From an uncultured Bordetella sp. (lineage in GTDB: Bacteria; Pseudomonadota; Gammaproteobacteria; Burkholderiales; SG8-41): DNA of 64,000 bases. How positions within the stretch are numbered: position 1 is the stretch's first letter; every line of letters starts with the position of its first letter. The stretch covers positions 6,255 to 70,254 of the forward strand of contig CAZAOZ010000010.1 in assembly GCA_964486865.1 (NCBI GenBank), given 5' to 3'. Shown piece by piece: positions 32,811-39,700 of this stretch. A model generated the notes under the pieces. That model worked only from the letters and a program-made list of their open reading frames with translations. It was not told where the DNA came from and searched no databases. Both the position numbers and the translations under genes were made by a program.

Positions 32811-34193
32811 ATGACCTCACGTCGCAATTTTCTACGTACTGCCGGAGGCGCCCTGCTGGGCGCCGCTGCAGTCAGCAAAGCCGCCCAGGGCGCCGTGCCC
32901 GAGGCGCCGATGCAGACCAAACCCGACATGCAGCAACCGCTGATGCCGCCGAACGGCCGCCCTTACCAACCGGTGGCGACACTCAACGGCTGGACGCTGC
33001 CGTGGCGCATGAACAACGGCTGGAAGGAATTCCACCTGATCGCCGAGCCGGTGCGCCGGCAGATGGCGCCGGGCATGACTGCACACCTGTGGGGCTACAA
33101 CGGCCAGTCGCCGGGACCGACGATCGAATGCGTCGAAGGCGACAAGGTGCGCATTTTCGTCACCAACAAGCTGCCCGAGCACACGACGATCCACTGGCAC
33201 GGCATCCTGCTGCCCAACGGCATGGACGGCGTCGGCGGGCTGAACCAGCCGCAGATTCCGGTCGGCAAGACTTTCGTCTATGAATTCGAGATGAAAAAGT
33301 CCGGCACCTTCATGTATCACCCGCATGCCGATGAAATGGTGCAGATGGCGATGGGCATGATGGGCTTTTTCGTGGTTCATCCGAAGAACCCGAATTTCAT
33401 GAAAGTCGATCGCGATTTCGTGTTTCTGATCAATGCCTACGACATCGCGCCCGGCGCCTATACGCCGAAAATCGCCACCATGACGGACTTCAACCTGTGG
33501 TCATGGAACAGCCGCGTGTTTCCCGGCATCGACCCTTTCGTCGTCAGCAAAGGCGACCGGGTGCGCATCCGTTTCGGCAACCTGACCATGACCAATCATC
33601 CGATCCACATGCACGGCTACGACTTCGAGGTCACCTGTACCGACGGCGGCTGGGTGCCGAAGAACGCGCGCTGGCCGGAAGTGACGGTGGATGTAGCGGT
33701 CGGCCAGATGCGCGCTTTCGAGTTCGTTGCCGACGCGCCGGGCGATTGGGCGATCCATTGCCACAAGTCGCACCACACCATGAACGCCATGGGCCACGAC
33801 GTGCCGACCATGATCGGCGTCGATCACCGCGGTATCGCGCAGAAAATCATCAATCTGGTACCCGACTACATGGTGATGGGCGAACGCGGCATGGCCGACA
33901 TGGGCGAGATGGAAATGCCGATTCCCGACAACACGCTGCCGATGATGACGGGCACCGGACCGTTCGGCCCGCTGGAAATGGGCGGCATGTTCAGCGTGGT
34001 CAAGGTGCGCGAAGGGCTGGCGAAAAACGACTACAAGGATCCCGGCTGGTACAAGCATCCGCCAGGCACGGTCGCTTACGAGTGGACCGGAGCGGCGCCT
34101 GTGGCCGCGCGACCCGCACCAGCCGCCCCCGCCCGCGCAGCCGCACCCACGCGTGAGTTGCGCGTGCGCAAACCTGCAACACACCAACATTAA
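32811..34193 (+). CDS. Tat-exported multicopper oxidase
   Basis: 460 aa with Tat signal MTSRRNFLRTAGGALLGAAAV. Copper-ligand motifs HWHG, HPH, HPIHMHG and HCHKSHH. Confidence 0.9.
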   Translation: MTSRRNFLRTAGGALLGAAAVSKAAQGAVPEAPMQTKPDMQQPLMPPNGRPYQPVATLNGWTLPWRMNNGWKEFHLIAEPVRRQMAPGMTAHLWGYNGQSPGPTIECVEGDKVRIFVTNKLPEHTTIHWHGILLPNGMDGVGGLNQPQIPVGKTFVYEFEMKKSGTFMYHPHADEMVQMAMGMMGFFVVHPKNPNFMKVDRDFVFLINAYDIAPGAYTPKIATMTDFNLWSWNSRVFPGIDPFVVSKGDRVRIRFGNLTMTNHPIHMHGYDFEVTCTDGGWVPKNARWPEVTVDVAVGQMRAFEFVADAPGDWAIHCHKSHHTMNAMGHDVPTMIGVDHRGIAQKIINLVPDYMVMGERGMADMGEMEMPIPDNTLPMMTGTGPFGPLEMGGMFSVVKVREGLAKNDYKDPGWYKHPPGTVAYEWTGAAPVAARPAPAAPARAAAPTRELRVRKPATHQH

Positions 34194-34215
34194 CCCAACC
34201 AAGGAAAAACTTGTT

Positions 34216-34695
34216 ATGAAACAAATAGTTGCGATGATACTTCTCGGCGGCCTCCTGTCCGGTCACGCGTGGGCGCACGGCGATCCGAAGAAACCCTCGG
34301 CGAAAAAAGCTGTTGCCGAAGAAAAGGCCTTCGGGCGCGAAGGTGATCCCAAAAAAGTCACCCGTACCATTCAGGTGGACATGACCGACACCATGCGCTA
34401 TTCGCCGATGGAAATTACCGTCCAGCGCGGCGACACCGTGCGCTTCGTCGCGAAGAACTCCGGCAAGGTCATGCACGAAATGGTGCTCGGCACACTGCCG
34501 GAGCTGAAGGAACATCTCGAACTCATGAGAAAACACCCGGGCATGGAACACGATGAGCCGCACATGGCGCACGTGAAACCCGCCAAAACGGCGCAAATGG
34601 TGTGGGAGTTCACCAAGGCCGGTGAGTTCTACTACGGCTGCCTGATGCCGGGGCACTTCGAGGCCGGCATGATCGGCAAAGTCATCGTCAGGTAA
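34216..34695 (+). CDS. exported cupredoxin-fold copper protein (CopI/plastocyanin-like)
   Basis: From ATG 34216: signal peptide, then type-1 copper ligand pattern ...H...YGCLMPGHFEAGM at the C-terminus, plus a Met/His-rich loop. Confidence 0.8.
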   Translation: MKQIVAMILLGGLLSGHAWAHGDPKKPSAKKAVAEEKAFGREGDPKKVTRTIQVDMTDTMRYSPMEITVQRGDTVRFVAKNSGKVMHEMVLGTLPELKEHLELMRKHPGMEHDEPHMAHVKPAKTAQMVWEFTKAGEFYYGCLMPGHFEAGMIGKVIVR

Positions 34696-34741
34696 GAGAG
34701 AACCACCTGCACGAGAAACGCGCAACACTGATGCTTATGGC

Positions 34742-34775
34742 CTGCGTCCGACCGGGAATTTCCGGTCGGACGCAG
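34742..34775. other. perfect 14-bp-stem hairpin between the cupredoxin and CusF-like genes
   Basis: ctgcgtccgaccgg-gaattt-ccggtcggacgcag. No T-tract follows it. Confidence 0.6.
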
Positions 34776-34854
34776 ACCGCGGACGGGATCAACATTCGCT
34801 ACAGCCCGCACGGAAATCAACCTTGAACACCACCACAACAGAGGAGTCACCATC

Positions 34855-35187
34855 ATGAAACTCAAAATCATCACCCCCCTTGTGCTCGCCCTGATCATGC
34901 CGGCCGCGGGTTATGCAGTCGAAGCGCATCACCAGCCGGCCGCCGCTGGCGCCGCAAACTCAGTGCCGATGAGCGACGGCGAAGTGCGCAAAGTCGATAA
35001 AGAGACGCAAAAGGTCACCATCAAGCACGGCCCGATCGAGAATCTGGGCATGCCGGCGATGACCATGGTGTTCCGTGTATCCAATCCCGCCATGCTCGGC
35101 CAGTTGAACACAGGAGACAAAGTCCGGTTCTCGGCCGACAAGGTTGGCGGCGTGTACACGGTGACCAAAGTCGAAATTGCAAAATAG
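34855..35187 (+). CDS. cusF: CusF-family periplasmic Cu(I)/Ag(I) binding protein
   Basis: 110 aa with signal peptide. KVTIKHGPIENLGMPAMTMVFRV matches the CusF metal-site signature. Confidence 0.85.
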   Translation: MKLKIITPLVLALIMPAAGYAVEAHHQPAAAGAANSVPMSDGEVRKVDKETQKVTIKHGPIENLGMPAMTMVFRVSNPAMLGQLNTGDKVRFSADKVGGVYTVTKVEIAK

Positions 35188-35274
35188 GCGATGCCCGCTC
35201 GCGGCCATCATGCATCGTGCTCCGGCCTGATTGCACCACTCCGCGCTTGCCACGTTACCTGAGGGAGCCGTCCG

Positions 35275-35919
35275 ATGGAGAATGAACACTATATTCCGCC
35301 GCTCCGTTACAGATGGCTGACCCGGCTCTATGATCCGGTCGTGCATTGGACCACGCGCGAGGCTGCGTTCAAGCAGGCCCTTGTGGCGCAGCTCGCGGGC
35401 GCTCGCCCGCGCCGCGTTCTTGACTTGGGATGCGGCACCGGCACGCTCACCATCGCGATTGCCAGCTCCATGCCGGATACCGCAGTCGCCGGGCTCGACG
35501 CAGACCATGAGGCGCTCAAAATCGCTGCCGGCAAGGCCCGGCGCTCGGCGGTCAAGATAGAACTGCATCAGGGATTCAGCGATGCGCTGCCTTTCGAAAA
35601 TGCCCGATTCGATGGCGTGGCAAGCAGCCTGTTTTTCCACCATCTCACGCGCGAAGCAAAGCTGGCTGCGCTACGGGAAGTGCGTCGGGTACTCGCCCCC
35701 GGGGGCCTGCTGCACATCGCTGATTGGGGCAAACCGGAAAATGTCCTGATGCGCTGCCTTTTCTTCCCCGTCCAGTTGCTGGATGGCTTCGAAACCACCC
35801 GGGACTCGGTCATCGGCGCATTGCCTGAACTGATGCGGAAATCCGGATTTCCGGAAACCGCCGAAACCGCAAGCTTTGCCACGCCGCTGGGCACGATGCG
35901 CCTGCACCGGGCAGCGTAG
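35275..35919 (+). CDS. class I SAM-dependent methyltransferase (cytoplasmic)
   Basis: 214 aa with motif I VLDLGCGTG and post-I DADHE. No signal peptide. Confidence 0.8.
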   Translation: MENEHYIPPLRYRWLTRLYDPVVHWTTREAAFKQALVAQLAGARPRRVLDLGCGTGTLTIAIASSMPDTAVAGLDADHEALKIAAGKARRSAVKIELHQGFSDALPFENARFDGVASSLFFHHLTREAKLAALREVRRVLAPGGLLHIADWGKPENVLMRCLFFPVQLLDGFETTRDSVIGALPELMRKSGFPETAETASFATPLGTMRLHRAA

Positions 35920-35957
35920 CCTTGCGGACCGCACCTTGAAACAGCCTCACCGCCGGA

Positions 35958-36094
35958 CTCAAGCATGAGAAACCGCACTGCAACAACGGATTTCACGCGA
36001 GATTTCCCGTGCGCCCTGTTCGCGCCTGTCATGGCTGTTGCCGTGACACTGCGAAGCCGGCATGATCGGCAAAATCAACGTAACCGCGAGGTGA
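35958..36094 (+). pseudogene. decayed 3' fragment of a second cupredoxin gene copy
   Basis: 36033-36081 (ggctgttgccgtgacactgcgaagccggcatgatcggcaaaatcaacgt) aligns with 34636-34688 of the intact gene (ggctgcctgatgccggggcacttcgaggccggcatgatcggcaaagtcatcgt). There are indels and an internal stop. Confidence 0.6.
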
Positions 36095-36098
36095 TGAC

Positions 36099-36539
36099 AT
36101 GACCAACAGACGCACTTTCATGCTGGCGCTCTCCGCTGCTGCAATTTCAGGAGCGGTGTCCGCCGCACAACCGCCGCAGGTGGATGTTTATCTCAACCCG
36201 ACGTGAGGCTGCTGCGGCGCGTGGATGGATCATCTGCGCGCCAACGGCTTCCGGGTGAAGTCGATTGCAGTCGAAGATACCGGTGTCGAGCGCCGGCGCC
36301 GCGGCATTCCCGATGAGCTCGGCGGCTGCCATACCGCGGTGGTGGATGGTTACGCCATCGAAGGCCATGTGCCGGCACGCGAAATCAAACGCCTGCTGGC
36401 CGAACGTCCGGTCGCCGCCGGCCTCGCCGTGCCGGGCATGCCGGCCGGCTCGCCCGGCATGGAGGGCACACGCACCGACCGCTACAACGTACTGCTGGTG
36501 GACAAGCGTGGCCGTTATTCCGTTTACGCCCGTTACTGA
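36099..36539 (+). CDS. copG: DUF411/CopG-family periplasmic copper protein interrupted by one in-frame TGA at 36204-36206 (candidate selenocysteine codon, otherwise a nonsense pseudogene)
   Basis: ATG 36099 is preceded by GAGG. Signal peptide MTNRRTFMLALSAAAISGAVSA. The frame continues through the TGA into track ORF 36225..36539: VDVYLNPT-TGA-GCCGAWMDHLRANGF...GGCHTAVVDGYAIEGHVP...VPGMPAGSPGME. Confidence 0.6.
36216..36242 (+). other. hairpin 10 nt downstream of the in-frame TGA (candidate bacterial SECIS)
   Basis: ggcgcgtggatg-gat-catctgcgcgcc: a 12-bp stem (10 Watson-Crick + 2 G-U) with an apical loop beginning with G. Confidence 0.35.
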
Positions 36540-36736
36540 TACTCAAAACCAGTCGACAGAAAACATGTTTAAAACAAACGGTATTTTGAGCCGGCCAGGT
36601 TGGCACGAGCCCATTTTTTTAATGCGGAGCAGCAATCCGCCATTGCCTGCCGGCGCTTGATCCATATCAGTACCCGGCGCGTGTCGGCACGGAAATATTT
36701 TACATGAGTAAAGTCAGTCTCAGGAGTTTCAGCATC

Positions 36737-37108
36737 ATGCGATTGGTCGCGATACTGATCGCTTTGCTGTTCGCCCCTTTGACAGCCGCGGCAACAGGTT
36801 CCGCTGCGCACGCTTCAGGGCATGCGGAACATGGCGCCGGCGGCGGCCACTGCGCCGACCATTGCCTGGGCATGTGGGAGCGCCTGGGTTCCCCGGCACA
36901 GACACCTGTGCATTGCCATCTCCAGTCCCCGCAGCCGCAAAGCAGCGGGCTGAACCGGGCGCCGGTCACAGGTGATCTGCCATTGCCGGTACTGCACGCC
37001 ACATCCGCTCCCGCCCGGGAAACGGCAGCGCGCCTGCCCGTCACTGCGGCCCACGCCCCCATCCCCGCTCCACCCCGCTTCATCCTGTTCGGCAACTTCC
37101 GCAGCTAG
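36737..37108 (+). CDS. small exported His/Cys-rich protein (CzcI-like architecture)
   Basis: From ATG 36737 (AGGAG upstream): MRLVAILIALLFAPLTAAATG, then HASGHAEHGAGGGHCADHC. Proline-rich tail ending APPRFILFGNFRS. Confidence 0.45.
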   Translation: MRLVAILIALLFAPLTAAATGSAAHASGHAEHGAGGGHCADHCLGMWERLGSPAQTPVHCHLQSPQPQSSGLNRAPVTGDLPLPVLHATSAPARETAARLPVTAAHAPIPAPPRFILFGNFRS

Positions 37109-37266
37109 CTCCTGTCCGGCACAACGCACCGGAACAATCTTTGACGATGCACCACCGCACCGGGGGTCCCCCGGAGCCTTCTTGTTTCATTTACTGTTTC
37201 ATTTACTCAATGTGCACATCGGCAGCCGGAAGAGGTCAACTCCGCAGCACCGGGGATAACGCCTGC

Positions 37267-37851
37267 ATGCGTGAGCATCGCTGGGCGCTGCATTTTATGC
37301 CGCTCTTCCTGTTCTGGATCAGCCTCAACGCTCTTGCAGAGCCCGCAATCAGCATAGAACGCGACGGGGACATCATCCGCGTGGAAGCGCAGCTGCAAGT
37401 CGATGCGCACCATCACATCGCCTGGCAGGTATTGACCGATTACAACAACCTTTCCCGCTTTGTCCCGGGCATGCAGGTCAGCCGCATAGTCAGCAGCCCG
37501 GGCGAACCCCTGCTGCTGAAGCAGATCGGGCAAACCGGCTTTCTGGTGTTCACATTACCCGTCGAGGTTGTGGTGCAGATCACGGAGACGCCGCTTGAGG
37601 CAATAAACTTTTCAGCAGTCAGCGGGAATTTGAAAAGCATGTCCGGAAAGTGGCGCATCAAGCAACAGGACGACAGGACGTTGGTGACCTATCAAAGCAG
37701 CATCGTTCCGGGTTTCTGGATACCGCTTCTGATCGGAACCGTAGTCATCGGCCAGGATGTAAGAAGCAAGATGGCGGGCATAGCCGAGGAGATGCAACGA
37801 CGTGCCGCATCCGAAATACCCGGAAAATCCGGGCAGGCAGTGCAGCAGTGA
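37267..37851 (+). CDS. SRPBCC (START/polyketide-cyclase-like) fold protein with signal peptide
   Basis: From ATG 37267: signal-like HFMPLFLFWISLNALAEP. AWQVLTDYNNLSRFVPGM is typical of SRPBCC ligand-binding proteins. GC is lower than in the neighbours. Confidence 0.55.
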   Translation: MREHRWALHFMPLFLFWISLNALAEPAISIERDGDIIRVEAQLQVDAHHHIAWQVLTDYNNLSRFVPGMQVSRIVSSPGEPLLLKQIGQTGFLVFTLPVEVVVQITETPLEAINFSAVSGNLKSMSGKWRIKQQDDRTLVTYQSSIVPGFWIPLLIGTVVIGQDVRSKMAGIAEEMQRRAASEIPGKSGQAVQQ

Positions 37852-37904
37852 TGTGATTTTCAGCACGGGCGGAAGCACGCCCATTGGTAAAGGAGCATGA
37901 CAAC

Positions 37905-38132
37905 ATGTACGGATTTGATCATGGCGTTTGGATGCTGGGCGGGTGGATGGTGATGCTGGCGCTATGGCTGTTGCCATTTGCCATCTTGTTTATGGCAATC
38001 AAAATCTTCTTCGACAGATTCAAGGCGACCGCCGGCAAAAGCGCGCTCGAAATACTGGAAGAAGCTTATGCCAGCGGAAATATCAGCCGGGAAGAGTTCC
38101 TGCAAAAGCGCGATGACTTGCAGAAAAAATAA
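37905..38132 (+). CDS. small membrane protein with C-terminal SHOCT domain
   Basis: MYGFDHGVWMLGGWMVMLALWLLPFAILFMAIKIF... followed by LEILEEAYASGNISREEFLQKRDDL. Confidence 0.6.
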   Translation: MYGFDHGVWMLGGWMVMLALWLLPFAILFMAIKIFFDRFKATAGKSALEILEEAYASGNISREEFLQKRDDLQKK

Positions 38133-38267
38133 TGCCGAATGACTTTTGAGCGGCAACGTGAAATCAGTTCCATTGCCACCTGGCGCTGTACGGCGGACGC
38201 CAATAAACGGCAGCGATCGCCACGACTGGATTACACGTAACGTAACCAACTCTCAAGGAGCCCATTT

Positions 38268-38558
38268 ATGAAACACGGCACAATGAAAACCCTGGTCTTT
38301 GTTCTGACTGCCGCCATGGCCACGACAGCACTTGCCCAAGGCCGGCATGACGAAAAACCGCACGCTCAGCAAAAACCTGCCCAGGTATCCAAAGAAGACG
38401 GGGTTCGCGCTCCGCCAATGACTGGAGGCCGGCATGACGAGCGTCCGCACGGCCCTCCCAAAAAAGCCGTCAAAAAAGACACCGCGGGCAAGACAGACGA
38501 TATGCACAAAAAGGACATGATGAAAAATGAAAGCGATATGGGCAAAGGCATGAAGTAA
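38268..38558 (+). CDS. small secreted His/Lys/Met-rich protein
   Basis: Signal peptide MKTLVFVLTAAMATTALAQG. GRHDEKPH / GGRHDERPHG repeat and a Met/Lys-rich tail. Confidence 0.5.
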   Translation: MKHGTMKTLVFVLTAAMATTALAQGRHDEKPHAQQKPAQVSKEDGVRAPPMTGGRHDERPHGPPKKAVKKDTAGKTDDMHKKDMMKNESDMGKGMK

Positions 38559-38582
38559 GGAATACAGTGAAAGGAGAATCCC

Positions 38583-38900
38583 ATGGATACGGAAAGCCTG
38601 AAAAGCCTGGTCTGGCTGGTGGTCTGGGGCGGCCTGTTCTACGTGATGATGCGCTACGGCTGCGGCGCGCACATGATGGGAGGTCACAGTCATGGCGGTC
38701 GCCCTGACCGCGAACCCGCAGCAGCGGATGGCACCAAAGATCCCGTATGCGGAATGCCGGTTGATCCGAGCCATGCAAAAGCAGCATCGGTGCATGGCGG
38801 CAGAATCTATTACTTCTGTTCGGCTTCCTGCCGGGAAAAATTCGAGCAGAACCCCGCCAAATTCGTCTCAACCCGATCACAGGAGGCGCATCATGAATAA
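38583..38900 (+). CDS. membrane-anchored YHS/TRASH-domain metal-binding protein
   Basis: N-terminal TM segment with an HMMGGHSHGG stretch. C-terminal DPVCGMPVDPSHAKAASVHGGRIYYFCSASCREKFEQNP matches the YHS domain. Confidence 0.75.
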   Translation: MDTESLKSLVWLVVWGGLFYVMMRYGCGAHMMGGHSHGGRPDREPAAADGTKDPVCGMPVDPSHAKAASVHGGRIYYFCSASCREKFEQNPAKFVSTRSQEAHHE

Positions 38901-39159
38901 ACTCGACTGGCGTGTTGTGGGTCTCGCCGCAGGCTTTTTCCTGATGACCAGCTATGTCATCTGCGTGGCCGGCGACCTTGTGTTCGACCATCGCATGTAC
39001 GAAGTTTGGCTGAAGCTCCTGCCCGGATTTACCTGGCTGACCTGGCCCAGCTTCCTGCTCGGGCTGCTCGAAACGTTCCTCTACGGTATTTATTTCGGCC
39101 TGGTGTTTGCTCCTTTGTACAACTTTTTCCAGAGCTGGCTGTCGCCGCAAGGCAGATAA
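38893..39159 (+). CDS. small two/three-TM membrane protein of unknown function
   Basis: ATG 38893 overlaps the end of the YHS gene. MNKLDWRVVGLAAGFFLMTSYVICVAG...GLLETFLYGIYFGLVFAPLYNFF. Confidence 0.5.
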   Translation: MNKLDWRVVGLAAGFFLMTSYVICVAGDLVFDHRMYEVWLKLLPGFTWLTWPSFLLGLLETFLYGIYFGLVFAPLYNFFQSWLSPQGR

Positions 39160-39175
39160 GGCCCGGCATGGGCGC

Positions 39176-39700
39176 ATGCCGATGAGCATGGATCAGGGTT
39201 TGGCAAAAACGGGCATCATCGCGCGCGCCGGCCTGTGGTCCGCGCTCGCCTTCGCACTGAATCTGGCGTGGGAAATCGCCCATGTCAGGCTCTATACCCT
39301 CTGGGACGAAGCGAACCGCATGAGCATCGCGCAGGCCTTGGTGCATTGCTCACTGGGCGATGTTGCGATCGCACTCACGCTGTTCGCGCTGGCCGGCATT
39401 GCGCTGCGGCAGGAAGACTGGCCGGTATTCCGGCCGTGGGCCGGCAGCGTCATCGTCGTCACCGGAGCCATGGCGTTCACCGCGTGGAGCGAATGGTATA
39501 ACGTGTATCAGGCCGGCAACTGGGGCTATACGGCAAGCATGCCGGTGATTTACGGCATCGGTCTTTCCCCGTTGCTGCAGTGGCTGGTGCTGCCGCCATT
39601 GCTGACCATCGCCTACCGGGCGCTGCGGCTGCGGTGGTCCGACCGGCGCAGCACGCCAGACCCGATACCGGCACGCGATGTTACGGAGCCCCGAAAATGA
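39176..39700 (+). CDS. polytopic membrane protein of unknown function, translationally coupled to the ATPase gene
   Basis: Hydrophobic ORF from about ATG 39176. Its stop overlaps the copA ATG (ATGA at 39697-39700). Confidence 0.5.
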   Translation: MPMSMDQGLAKTGIIARAGLWSALAFALNLAWEIAHVRLYTLWDEANRMSIAQALVHCSLGDVAIALTLFALAGIALRQEDWPVFRPWAGSVIVVTGAMAFTAWSEWYNVYQAGNWGYTASMPVIYGIGLSPLLQWLVLPPLLTIAYRALRLRWSDRRSTPDPIPARDVTEPRK

